A stretch of 58,140 bases of DNA from a virus (taxonomy: Duplodnaviria > Caudoviricetes). The position numbers and the translations under genes are program-made. The stretch is from positions 1 to 58,140 of the IMG/VR virus record IMGVR_UViG_3300009103_000036. The stretch is one strand, 5' to 3'. Below the pieces are notes generated by a model. The model was not told where the DNA came from and made no database searches. It was given only the letters and a program-made list of their open reading frames with translations. Position 1 is the stretch's first letter, and every line of letters begins with the position of its first letter. This document shows positions 48,506-58,140 of this stretch, in pieces.

Positions 48506-50476
48506 CTATTTGATTCCTATCGCAGCCAACACAAGATTATAATCACAATCTAAGTTTCTAGTGGATTCCCAAGCGACACCTACTGCTTTTTTATACTGAT
48601 CAAATGTGATATCATCTGAACTTATCGCAATGCAATAATTTTTTTCCTGCACGGGAATTAAATAATCCCCGTCACTTACTGGACCTTTTGTGAGAACTGG
48701 CACCTGGCCAGAGAATGAAACTATTGCTCCATTATCTCGCGAATCATCAGAATCTAAAAGATTTCCAACTAATAACGCCCTGCATGTTATAACCATCGGA
48801 GTTCCAGGGCTGTATCTATTAATTTTTCCATCTTTAACATACACCACATTCCCCTCCATCAATCCCAGATCCCACTCTTCTTTATCAGCAAATTCAAGCC
48901 ACTCTCCAAAGTCACCCCCACCAGAAACATACACAACACCAGAGCTCCACGTCCCGCTTCCTCGATAACCGCCTACCCGAACAGGCTGATTCTCACCATA
49001 AACTCTAGCACCCTCATAGTCTTTGTCGGTGTTCATGCCAACAAATGCTGAATAGGCCTGTGCGGAACCGATTGACTGGGTCGCCGCCCTAATGGAACCG
49101 ACATTGTTGCTCCCGGTGTCGTTAAATCGGATAAAAATATTGTCGTCCCCATTGTCGTGGGCGGAATCTTTAGTATAACCCAGCTGTATCCTTAAACCCC
49201 TTCCAGGGTCACTGCCGTTTTTAATCATCATCACATAATCATCAACGGAATCGTAGACATCAAACTTATAGTCTGGTGAGGTGTCACCAATTCCAACATG
49301 CTGATAAAAACCGTCAAAATACATCATTGTATTAAAAGTACTAGTGCTCTGACCTGTTCGCAAAAGGAGGTCTCCGTAACCAGTGTTGGTGTCGTTTACT
49401 CTTCCACGCAGACTGAAGATCGCCTTGGTTGCAGAGGAATCCGTCATGTACGACTCTATAACGTCTGTGGAATCATCTCCAGCCAGGGTCTCAGAAGTTG
49501 ACTCCTGATAAGTTTCAATAATTGTCTTCCCAGATGACGAAAAAGTCTGTGTATTGGTAATTCTTGCTGTAGTGGTTGCCGCTTGGACATGGAATGGTCT
49601 TGATGGACTACCAGTACCAATTCCCACATATCCCGCGGTGGTCATAACAAAGTCGTCATCAGCTGAGAGTGAAGTTCCAGCAGTGATCTTAAACTTATCT
49701 GAATCTCCATCTTCGACACCCACCGCGTATTTAGTAACGCCACTCAGCTGAAAAAGAATTCTTGGATCGCCGTCGGTCGCTGTGTTATCGATGATCAGAT
49801 CTGTGACAGAATCAGCGGAGGAGATATCTAACATACCGTCAGGTGAGCTGTCACCGATTCCAACGTATCCATTTTCATCAATTGTCATCCTTTGGGTTTG
49901 TGCGGTTTCGTCGTCGGGGTTAGTATAAAACCGTAATTGAGCTCCTTCTGCGCTTGCATAAGTCCAATCTTGTGTTGCGTTAGCAGTTATAATTGCTCCT
50001 ACAGGATGCGTCACTCCATCAGATGTTCCGCCGAACTGGATCCCGCCTAGGGTATTGCCGTCCTGGATAGCTGAATCTTTTCTAAACAGACCAATATAAG
50101 GATTAGAATCCTCTTTTAAAATTGTTAGCTCATTTTCGGGTGTTGTTGTTCTAATTCCTACACGATTGTTGGTGTCGTCAACTGTGAGGGTGTCACTATC
50201 AAATGTTATTCCTCCCCCGGCGTTAATGGTTCCTGTAACGTAAAGATTACCCGTAGTCTTTATGTCTCCTTCAACATATACCTGCTCATCAGTGATCTCG
50301 ACCTTGTTGCTTCCTGACGTGACTGTGATATTACCTCGAACGATTAAGTCTTGAGGAGCATTGCTTAAACCCACATAAAAATCATGAGGAATGATCACTC
50401 TAAGGATCTCACCTGTTCCTCGAACAGTCTCCTTAAGTGACATCATCTTTTTTAAGTCAGCATTAGAAATGGCCAT
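48506..50476 (-). CDS. Tail fibre/spike with VGIGxxxP repeats and C-terminal intramolecular chaperone (peptidase G2-like)
   Basis: NRVGIRTTTP, GYVGIGDSSP, GYVGIGTGSP, QHVGIGDTSP; GGDFGEWLE...LVGN...VSFSGQVPV...GPV..GDYLIP. Confidence 0.8.
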   Translation of the reverse strand: MAISNADLKKMMSLKETVRGTGEILRVIIPHDFYVGLSNAPQDLIVRGNITVTSGSNKVEITDEQVYVEGDIKTTGNLYVTGTINAGGGITFDSDTLTVDDTNNRVGIRTTTPENELTILKEDSNPYIGLFRKDSAIQDGNTLGGIQFGGTSDGVTHPVGAIITANATQDWTYASAEGAQLRFYTNPDDETAQTQRMTIDENGYVGIGDSSPDGMLDISSADSVTDLIIDNTATDGDPRILFQLSGVTKYAVGVEDGDSDKFKITAGTSLSADDDFVMTTAGYVGIGTGSPSRPFHVQAATTTARITNTQTFSSSGKTIIETYQESTSETLAGDDSTDVIESYMTDSSATKAIFSLRGRVNDTNTGYGDLLLRTGQSTSTFNTMMYFDGFYQHVGIGDTSPDYKFDVYDSVDDYVMMIKNGSDPGRGLRIQLGYTKDSAHDNGDDNIFIRFNDTGSNNVGSIRAATQSIGSAQAYSAFVGMNTDKDYEGARVYGENQPVRVGGYRGSGTWSSGVVYVSGGGDFGEWLEFADKEEWDLGLMEGNVVYVKDGKINRYSPGTPMVITCRALLVGNLLDSDDSRDNGAIVSFSGQVPVLTKGPVSDGDYLIPVQEKNYCIAISSDDITFDQYKKAVGVAWESTRNLDCDYNLVLAAIGIK

Positions 50477-50484
50477 CGTTTCCC

Positions 50485-53400
50485 CTACACCATGTCCAGA
50501 TCAGTTAAAATTAGTCGATTCATCTCAGACAGGTCAATTTCGCCTCGATTCTTTAACTCATTTTCATTATCAACGTCAAAGAAAGGCATCGATGATGTAG
50601 CATAAATATTTTGATTTGAAGACCAAGTGGTTCTGGGATCAACCTTTCGACCTAACGCATCAACAAATCTCACAGAAACTGGAGAAGGATCTCGCCCTCT
50701 TCTTCTTGGTCCTAAAAATTTTCCTGGTCCAATTTCAAATCGAGCATCTTGACGCTGCTCCAACATGTCTCTGAATTGTCCATAATGATCATGTCTGAAG
50801 ATAGCTTTTGGACTTGTCTCGATCGCATTTAATAATCCGTACTTAAATCCACGAACATGAACTAATTGTGCATTTCCAATTCTGGTGCATGATCCAGAAA
50901 CTGAAGTAAACTTTGTGACCATGCACTCTGAATACATCAAGGGCATTCCAGATGGGCCATCTCCAATCCCAAATAGTGCCATCTTCATCTCATTGACAGA
51001 GGGCAACCCTTTTCGAGAATGTTGGTTTACAACTGTCGCATCTATCGGAGACAGCATATGTCCGCGGGGAGGATCAGTAGAATCGCTGCCGGCGGATTTC
51101 CATTTATTGTCGTTGGCGTGACTGTTAAAGTGCCACCCCTTGGTGATTAAAAGATAGACAATGTTCTGCCATGTGCTCGGTTCATATCTCCCTAATCTTG
51201 TTGCATAGCGATTGCCTGAGTGAGCTGAACTATACCCCTGTTGATTGCTTGTGGAGAAAGGCTTGGGAGGAATCCTATGAGGATTCTCAGCTCTTGCAGC
51301 ATCGCTCACCTGAATCGCAACTGAGGTTATTTCTCGGCGCCTGGGGCCCGTTGTCCCTGTTAGAACGAAAAATCCCTTTGTTCTTATCCGTCTCGGAATT
51401 CCCTCATACTTTGGCTCAAAAGGAAACTCATGAGGCCACTCGGTGTGCAACCTCTTGTCATTTTGACCAAAACCATGATCCTGCAAAGATCCCGAGCCAA
51501 AAAGGAAGAAATACGTTCCGTATGCATATTTCGAGGAGCATTCCCGACTATCAAGAGTTCTCTTTCCGTTCCATTGACTGGTAAAATAATTACGTACGCT
51601 GGTCGTGGATGATGCGCTATCATTAAACCAATTGCAAGTTCCGTCTGCTTTCCTGTGCCATCTAAAAAGCTGATGACCTGACCTTTTCCAGATCTTAACC
51701 GGATCAGGAACAACAGAGTCGTAATAGATCCTCTGATTTTCAACTAGTTGCACGCCTCTTAGAAGCCCCTGCGTTCTACTGGGTTCCATTCCCAACCAGG
51801 CTCCGTTATTAGATCGATTTGATCCAGATGAAGACGCATCAGCAACTGGAATGCCGTGTGATCGACGTGAGTGACCCCACGCATGCTGAACTGGATTAAA
51901 GTTTACTCCATGCAATGCGCTTCCTTGTCTTCCACGGGTGGTGGACGTATATGTCATTCCCGAAAGCTCTTTTTCTGTCATTGATCCGGTAAAATAATTG
52001 TCGATATAAGATCCGCTATAAGCTTCCCTTGCTTCAATTTGATACTGATCAACAACAGGTTCATAGATTATCTCGTGCAAGGCGGGTGAGGTTAGATTTT
52101 GATTTAACGTGTCGTGATGCTCCTTGCCTGCACGAACTAGAGAGCCATAAAATGTCACTGAGGCATGCTCAGGAACAATTTTTAAATATGATCCAGATAG
52201 GTGTCCCCACGATGTAAACAACCCTTTAATTCCAGGTGGGTTTGCAATACCTGCATCAATTCCCAGGATTAGATCATCTTCTGGAAAGAGAAGATATGGT
52301 GAGGTTGTTGAAGCGTTATCAGAGGTGTGAAACATAAACCATGAAACGTAACCTGCGTGCTCATGATCAGACAGAATCTTTCTCTCTGTCCCAACACCAG
52401 TAGGTCTTGTAGCACGAGAATCTGCCCTATAAAGATATCTGGGCAGCATTCCCTCATGACCATCTTTTCCCCCTCCGAGATTAGCAAATTGCTTTGTACC
52501 TGCATTCCAAATAGCAGCAGACGTCGATCCATCATAACCCGCAGCGCCAGCAGAGCCAGTAAACCAAGAACCCCAAGCATGTGACCCAGAGATCGCTGAA
52601 TGAGTGGATCTGGCTTCCCTGCTGGCCAATGTTAAAACTCTATGATCGATGTAATTGTTTCTAAATCCTCGCTGTGTCCAAGAGACATAATTCATATTTC
52701 TATTGAATCTATTTTGAAGACCTCCATTCGCAGCAAGAAGTTCTGGATGAGATCCATTTAGTGAAGAGAAACTATCTGATGTGGTTCCTCCAGGCCAATA
52801 GTGTAAGACAGGGCGCACCATTCCTATCGGCTCGTCTGAGTTCCACATGTGATGAATGCCCTTTAGGCCCTCTGTTGCCACACCCGGTTCAAGCTCAAGC
52901 CTCAAGGTTCCCGTAAACTCTCCGACTAGACGATTAGTATAGGACGATGAAAGGGCAAAGTCGTGAGAAAATGCAGGTGAGTGGATAGGGTGAAAATTTG
53001 TCTCCTGATAGCGAAACGCCCCTGATGAAATTGGAATTGTTGAGTTGTAAAAGCATGCTGATCCAGAGAAAACAATAAATCTGTCACTATTTAGGGCACC
53101 GTGCATGCTATTTCTAATATCAAAACTTTTTGATCCAGAGACAGCAGGTGTGTGTGCGGGATCTCTCTCTTTTACACCCCCGGGAATATTTGGTGACCTC
53201 TGGCGATAGGCAAAAAAGACGTAATTATCCAGGTCAATTCCAGGCATCTCAATTGCTGTAAAGACGTCTTCTGACATTCCCCCAGCTCGCAATTCAGCCT
53301 CTCGAGGATATGGCCCGGGATCAAGAATTTTTCTTGCCATCACCGGAATATCAATTACAACCTTCTCCAGCAAGAAAGGTTGTCGTATGTGATTAGATAG

Positions 53401-56400
53401 CGAAAGACACTGACTTGAGGTGGCATGATACTTTGGTCCAAAAGGTGCAAAACTAGAGACTGTGGGTGACCCAATAAGATGATAACCCATGCTTTTTAAT
53501 GTTATTGCAGGTCTTTCCTCATGCATTGCCGCCCCATAAAGTCCGCCAGTTTGACCTCGTTTTAGGTCTCTAGCTGTTCCTGGAGAAGGTGTAAACTGCA
53601 TTGGATACACATTAGTCCCAGAGGTAGGACTTGTCGGCTTACAAAATCGAATGCTATAGTCATAATACGATGGATTTCCTGAACCTGGTCTGGATCTAAA
53701 ATCAGCTGCGGTTAAAAACGAAGATTTAGAAACCCAGGGTCGATTGCTTCCAATCCACTCCCACTGTTTTAGGTCAAAGTTAAAATAACAAAATCCTGTT
53801 CTTGCCCGCTCCCATCGACGGTTTGGTGCACCCGTTCTTGGGATCATATACTCAGATGTGGGTCTATCCACAACCTCAGTTCCTGCAGGCAGTGCACCAG
53901 ATAAGAAGGGGCCCCCCGAAGGAAGTCGGGTAATAAGGTGGTGTTTTCTTGCCGTAATGTCAACGGTAAATGAGGTCTTACTTGATAGTGGGCTTGAAAA
54001 ACCATCTAAGATATCTTGCTGTGTTCCAGTTAAATAAAATCCCTTTGTAAGTCCCATAACTGTGCCGTCTTTAAAGGGAGAATAATCCTCCCCCTTAGTG
54101 AAGCTAATTCGACTATCTCCTATGCCCTTAACGATAGAACCGAATGTTCTAATTGAAGATGTTGAGACCTTAGCAAGCGTTGAGTGCTCAGGTGGCAGTC
54201 CCTGTGGAAATGAGGACTCCTGATAATAGGGCGTCGCCTTGGCGTTTTTAACAATTGCAAGCACCTCGCCCTTATCTAAAACCCTATTCCAAATTGCTAC
54301 GTCATCTAACCTACCACTAAAGTGACCCGGTCCGATCCCGGTGTTGCCATTACCTGTGGCCTCCGGATTGGTTCCGTCACGACTGCCGATAAATATGTGA
54401 TTTTCTGTACTCCCAACCATAGATGAATACACACCTCGCTTGGTTCCATAAGGGCCAGTGCCGCCGGCAGATGTTCCACCGACATTGTAAGATGGCGTCC
54501 AAGACCCATATCCTAGCTTAGTGTGCCAAATTGAAGAGGCGCGGCCGTCGATCTGAACAAGCTGGGGAATTGGAGCTGTGTTGCCTTGAAATTCACCGCT
54601 GTGGAGATACTTATTCTCAGACACACGGATCCCATTCTTATAGATTCTCATCGATCTTAGCGCGGGTCCTCCCGTGCCGTCGTAGGTCACACACCAGTGG
54701 TCCCACTTAAGCGTGGATCGATCAGCTGTATCACTAGCCGAACCCGTATAGATACGGCCATATGTCCTTGGGAAATCCGGGGCCTCTGCAGAATATTCAG
54801 GTGGTAGCTCAACTGCAAGCCCAATCGATCCTGTGTTTATCTCATCAATTAGGTAAAATTGAAACTGCATTCTTGGATGATCTACAGATGTATTCCAACC
54901 ACCACCACCCACTCTTCTAAAACGACAATACCACTCACCGTGGGTATCAGTTTTCACATAGGCAGCCGGTGATGTATTTCCATCAGCCTTCATATCTCTT
55001 GTCTTGGAGATCACGTACCAGTTATCAATACGGTTTAATGAGGACGCTTCACCAAACCAATTCCAGCCATCTTCAAGCTTGGCCCAAAAAGCAATAGAAA
55101 ACGGATGATCTTTCCTGTCCCCTGAAGCATATCTTGCATGGTTTCCCTCACCGTCCTTTGTTAGGAGGGAGGCTGAGGTGAAGGAAAAAGTTCCACTTCT
55201 AAAACTTTGGGTCTCTGAGGCCCTATAAGCACACGGAAAAATGCCCTGATTACCACTAAAGGGGTGACCCCAGTCACCAATCTCCACAAATGAGTATAAC
55301 GATGATACCCCAAAGTCCCCGGGTGCATTTCTAGACCAACGTTTATTAAGGTCTTCTTCATTAACAAACTTAAGAATGTTATTAGAAACTTTAGTAAATT
55401 GAGATGATGATACAAAGAGAGGGGACCACTTGACCTTTGTGCTAGAATCACCGAGGCCCGTTGTCCAAAACTGATATTTTCCGTGTGCCTTTCCTTTATC
55501 ATGCCAAACACCTGCTGATGGTTCTTGACCTGACTTCCAGTTTCCACCTTTTGACCAATCTTTAACCAGCCATGTTTTGGGAGTAGAACTGGCGACGGTA
55601 TCAAGATGCCCTAAGTTCCAAGTAGAAATACTTCCAGAAATATTTAAAGACTCAACATTGGGTTCCTCAAATTTCCACCATCCAACAAGATTGTCAGCAC
55701 CCCTATAATTACCAAAATTTCGATTAAGCTCTCCTGGGAAAACATCATTATGTTTTCTAAAGAGAACAGTTTTTTGATCATTAAAACTAGTGGAATACTT
55801 TCCTGTTCTAGAATCACCTGTTCGAATAACTGTAGGATAAGAGCCTGTCTTAGAGTCAATAATTCTTTGCTCCACCCTGGGTGGCAGCTCTTGAAGAAAT
55901 CCTGTCTCATTAGCCTGAACACCAAAACGAGCATCATATAGGGCTCTGATCTCGTTTGCTGTCATAATCGATCCGGTTCTATTTTGCTGTGGTTTTGCCA
56001 CATACTCCTCGTGTGTGCCGTGGAGCCACATAGCAAAGTCAGCGATATATCCGAAAAAATATCTTCCTCGATTGGCATCGTTCTGACTAGGAAGATGAAC
56101 CCTGCCGTCGTTTCCAAGAACAAGCCTATTGGCGGATCGATGTGTCCTGTGAAATGAACCACCGACGGTTCTAGTTCCGGTATCATCATTTCCGTTAAGG
56201 TATAGACTCAATCCGTTCTTGATATTTGAACCATTCCAATCTGGTGCAGTTCCTACTTTTCTTCCGTGAAGATCAGGGGGTCGATATGTGACTGCTAGAT
56301 GATACCACTTACCTGCAGAAACTGACGTGGAGCTTTGAACCTTAATTTTATCATCATTGCTTCCAGAGAGAAACATGGTAAAATTAATTTGTCCGGTTGA

Positions 56401-56961
56401 CAAAACAGTGCAGTCATACTCAAATGTCCCTTTCGTCTCAGACTGTTTTCCAAATAAACGATTAGAATTGTTTCCTTGAAGCTTCTCAATAAAGAACCAC
56501 AGGGCAAATGTAAAGGGTGAATCATAAACTCCGTAAGCATTGTCAGGGGGCCCTTGATAAAGAGAAAGCTTTCTATTTTCTGGAAATCTAATAACATGGC
56601 CTTTCCATCTGGCTTCTACATCATACGGATTGTTAAAGAAAACTGACTTTACGCCTAAGCTAGGGAGAAAAGGCGTCTTATCGCTTGTCTCAATGGCCCC
56701 TGTAGCATAAGACTCGCTGATCATTCCAAACGAGGTATATACCCCATGAGAAGGGGTCATTAATAAAGTTCCTGACGCCGACTGAGTCAGTACTGGTCTT
56801 ATTCCTCGGGTTCCGGGAAAGGCAGTTAAATCAGTTGCCCGCTCATCTTCAAATCGAAGATGTAACACACAGTCCTTTGACTTATGATATCCGTATCCGC
56901 CTCGGGACGTAATAAAATCAACAGTATAATCTGGTGCCTGTGGCTTACCTTTCTTTTTCAT
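50485..56961 (-). CDS. Giant virion/baseplate-associated protein with two LamG-like lectin domains (2158 aa)
   Basis: PFTFALWF..WYHLAVTY..LYLNG..GYIADFAMW and LVGWWKFEE..PFSIAFWAK..WDHWCVTYDG..IYKNG..FSGRLDDVAIWNRVL. Confidence 0.8.
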   Translation of the reverse strand: MKKKGKPQAPDYTVDFITSRGGYGYHKSKDCVLHLRFEDERATDLTAFPGTRGIRPVLTQSASGTLLMTPSHGVYTSFGMISESYATGAIETSDKTPFLPSLGVKSVFFNNPYDVEARWKGHVIRFPENRKLSLYQGPPDNAYGVYDSPFTFALWFFIEKLQGNNSNRLFGKQSETKGTFEYDCTVLSTGQINFTMFLSGSNDDKIKVQSSTSVSAGKWYHLAVTYRPPDLHGRKVGTAPDWNGSNIKNGLSLYLNGNDDTGTRTVGGSFHRTHRSANRLVLGNDGRVHLPSQNDANRGRYFFGYIADFAMWLHGTHEEYVAKPQQNRTGSIMTANEIRALYDARFGVQANETGFLQELPPRVEQRIIDSKTGSYPTVIRTGDSRTGKYSTSFNDQKTVLFRKHNDVFPGELNRNFGNYRGADNLVGWWKFEEPNVESLNISGSISTWNLGHLDTVASSTPKTWLVKDWSKGGNWKSGQEPSAGVWHDKGKAHGKYQFWTTGLGDSSTKVKWSPLFVSSSQFTKVSNNILKFVNEEDLNKRWSRNAPGDFGVSSLYSFVEIGDWGHPFSGNQGIFPCAYRASETQSFRSGTFSFTSASLLTKDGEGNHARYASGDRKDHPFSIAFWAKLEDGWNWFGEASSLNRIDNWYVISKTRDMKADGNTSPAAYVKTDTHGEWYCRFRRVGGGGWNTSVDHPRMQFQFYLIDEINTGSIGLAVELPPEYSAEAPDFPRTYGRIYTGSASDTADRSTLKWDHWCVTYDGTGGPALRSMRIYKNGIRVSENKYLHSGEFQGNTAPIPQLVQIDGRASSIWHTKLGYGSWTPSYNVGGTSAGGTGPYGTKRGVYSSMVGSTENHIFIGSRDGTNPEATGNGNTGIGPGHFSGRLDDVAIWNRVLDKGEVLAIVKNAKATPYYQESSFPQGLPPEHSTLAKVSTSSIRTFGSIVKGIGDSRISFTKGEDYSPFKDGTVMGLTKGFYLTGTQQDILDGFSSPLSSKTSFTVDITARKHHLITRLPSGGPFLSGALPAGTEVVDRPTSEYMIPRTGAPNRRWERARTGFCYFNFDLKQWEWIGSNRPWVSKSSFLTAADFRSRPGSGNPSYYDYSIRFCKPTSPTSGTNVYPMQFTPSPGTARDLKRGQTGGLYGAAMHEERPAITLKSMGYHLIGSPTVSSFAPFGPKYHATSSQCLSLSNHIRQPFLLEKVVIDIPVMARKILDPGPYPREAELRAGGMSEDVFTAIEMPGIDLDNYVFFAYRQRSPNIPGGVKERDPAHTPAVSGSKSFDIRNSMHGALNSDRFIVFSGSACFYNSTIPISSGAFRYQETNFHPIHSPAFSHDFALSSSYTNRLVGEFTGTLRLELEPGVATEGLKGIHHMWNSDEPIGMVRPVLHYWPGGTTSDSFSSLNGSHPELLAANGGLQNRFNRNMNYVSWTQRGFRNNYIDHRVLTLASREARSTHSAISGSHAWGSWFTGSAGAAGYDGSTSAAIWNAGTKQFANLGGGKDGHEGMLPRYLYRADSRATRPTGVGTERKILSDHEHAGYVSWFMFHTSDNASTTSPYLLFPEDDLILGIDAGIANPPGIKGLFTSWGHLSGSYLKIVPEHASVTFYGSLVRAGKEHHDTLNQNLTSPALHEIIYEPVVDQYQIEAREAYSGSYIDNYFTGSMTEKELSGMTYTSTTRGRQGSALHGVNFNPVQHAWGHSRRSHGIPVADASSSGSNRSNNGAWLGMEPSRTQGLLRGVQLVENQRIYYDSVVPDPVKIWKRSGHQLFRWHRKADGTCNWFNDSASSTTSVRNYFTSQWNGKRTLDSRECSSKYAYGTYFFLFGSGSLQDHGFGQNDKRLHTEWPHEFPFEPKYEGIPRRIRTKGFFVLTGTTGPRRREITSVAIQVSDAARAENPHRIPPKPFSTSNQQGYSSAHSGNRYATRLGRYEPSTWQNIVYLLITKGWHFNSHANDNKWKSAGSDSTDPPRGHMLSPIDATVVNQHSRKGLPSVNEMKMALFGIGDGPSGMPLMYSECMVTKFTSVSGSCTRIGNAQLVHVRGFKYGLLNAIETSPKAIFRHDHYGQFRDMLEQRQDARFEIGPGKFLGPRRRGRDPSPVSVRFVDALGRKVDPRTTWSSNQNIYATSSMPFFDVDNENELKNRGEIDLSEMNRLILTDLDMV

Positions 56962-56962
56962 T

Positions 56963-58140
56963 TTATCCCTTCTTCAATCCACCAAAAGCTATAGAATCAG
57001 TCCCGAGCGTGTTGCCAAAGTATGTAAATCCTGCGCCAGCTGACTTTTGAGTTTCACTAATTAACCCCTGGTCCATCTTCAACACCTTTTCAAAGTCAGA
57101 GATATTTGATCCAGAAATAAATTTAAGGCCTGACTGTTCTGAACCTGTTGCACCAGCAAGAATATTTGTAGCATATATATTTGGTACGAAGCATGGAATT
57201 CTAGACCAATTAAAGTTAATTCGGTTGGTAGGATCGTTAAGATGAGTTGTTGCATCTCCACTCTCCCACGTGATAACAGTGTTTCCAGATGATGTTGCCG
57301 CCCCCTGTATCAATCTTACTACCGTGTCTTTTAACTTCACGGCAAAGATATCAAGATCTCTATTATTGTAAGCTCTATTAACTGACTGATAAAATTCTGC
57401 TGCACAGATCTTCTGGCCGTTGCCTCCAAAGATATTTACCCGAATATTTCCACTGGTGTAGGTATCCACTCCGTTTCCTCGATCGAACTCAAATACCTTC
57501 TTTTTTCCACGCGAATCCTCAAGACCGATCTTATCTCCGTCAGATCCGGTACCTGGCCCAAAGTGGATATCGGCGTAGGCATGTCCAAGATGAATCTCAC
57601 CTGGTCCAATCTTTCTATCGTTATTAGACCCTGAGGACACTAACGGTCTCATTCTGCTTAGAACAAGAAACTCCTTTCTAACCTGAGCATCATCATAGGG
57701 TACAATATCTAGCTGAAGGTCAGAGATCAGGCCTGGAATCGCCATCCCTCCCCAGCTTTGAGTGGTATGCATCACGCCATCTGCGCCTTCTGTTCTAGAC
57801 TTTATTCCAAGAAAGCTACCTGATGCAGAACCCGAGCCAATAAAGTAAGTTCTGTGAGCAAAAAATGTATCAGCTGCATCAACAAATGGATCAGATGTTT
57901 TTGTGGTTCCTGAGACTAAATAAGTCTGAGATATGTCTGCCACTCCTTTTAATCTCTGTCTCTCATCTCCTCCAAATAGTGAAGCTCGAACTGTATGCGC
58001 AGAAAAAGGCACCTCAAGTGAGTTCATTCCAATCGATCCTCGGATGGAAAGAGGCTCAATCACGCCATTCATGTGCATAGGATCAGTAAATGAGATATTA
58101 TTAAAAACTAAAGGATACTGCTCAATGTTATCGTTCTCAA
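56963..58140 (-). CDS. Virion structural protein (3' part; starts beyond the right edge)
   Basis: Frame stays open upstream of 58078 to the edge (ENDNIEQYPLVFNNISFTDPM...); NGVIEPLSIR and C-terminal GTDSIAFGGL. Confidence 0.75.
   Translation of the reverse strand, partial: ENDNIEQYPLVFNNISFTDPMHMNGVIEPLSIRGSIGMNSLEVPFSAHTVRASLFGGDERQRLKGVADISQTYLVSGTTKTSDPFVDAADTFFAHRTYFIGSGSASGSFLGIKSRTEGADGVMHTTQSWGGMAIPGLISDLQLDIVPYDDAQVRKEFLVLSRMRPLVSSGSNNDRKIGPGEIHLGHAYADIHFGPGTGSDGDKIGLEDSRGKKKVFEFDRGNGVDTYTSGNIRVNIFGGNGQKICAAEFYQSVNRAYNNRDLDIFAVKLKDTVVRLIQGAATSSGNTVITWESGDATTHLNDPTNRINFNWSRIPCFVPNIYATNILAGATGSEQSGLKFISGSNISDFEKVLKMDQGLISETQKSAGAGFTYFGNTLGTDSIAFGGLKKG

Noticed and set aside
178-58080. 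Numerous plus-strand ORFs and short nested minus-strand ORFs in the track
   Set aside because: They lie antisense to or inside long, motif-bearing minus-strand genes and show shadow-ORF composition (e.g. the Ser/Pro-rich 24197-24709 mirrors the portal Gly/Glu tail)
1-58140. Stop-codon reassignment as in some large phages
   Set aside because: Genes are full length in the standard code, and TAA, TAG and TGA all end genes at sensible positions
1-58140. CRISPR array, tRNAs, introns/inteins, IS elements, diversity-generating retroelement repeats
   Set aside because: No spaced repeats, long non-coding gaps, intein or homing-endonuclease motifs, transposase or reverse transcriptase seen by eye; a tRNAscan and self-alignment would confirm
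1-58140. Host assignment (e.g. Bacteroidota from bS21)
   Set aside because: Not supportable from this window; strong SD usage does not fit simply and there is no host-linked sequence

Overview
The whole window is one co-oriented (minus-strand) block from a large myovirus-type bacteriophage distantly related to T4. In transcription order (right to left) it holds: large baseplate/LamG/fibre genes (58140-34657); an embedded DNA-processing cassette (RuvC-like resolvase, primase, an ATP-dependent ligase homologue with degenerate catalytic motifs, and a fused Mre11-Rad50 / gp47-gp46 gene); TerL, portal and prohead protease; a cluster of probable internal head proteins; a phage-encoded ribosomal protein bS21; scaffold; major capsid protein; gp13/gp14/gp15-like neck and tail-completion genes; two tandem >1000-aa tail sheath paralogues; one tail tube; a gp26/gp51-like pair; and the 5' part of the tape measure gene. 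The genetic code looks standard, and I found no tRNA, CRISPR array or mobile element. The most interesting signals are: (1) a pervasive [ST]-G-[ST] tripeptide concentrated in virion proteins, possibly a modification sequon; (2) a probable +1/-2 frameshift at a U7 run fusing the gp26-like and gp51-like ORFs; (3) a GC-rich, pseudoknot-capable 5' leader in front of a stand-alone late gene; (4) the apparently catalytically dead ligase; (5) bS21 inside the head operon; (6) a non-T4 candidate late promoter, GATA(T/A)TTA. All assignments come from motif recognition by eye; no database searches were run.
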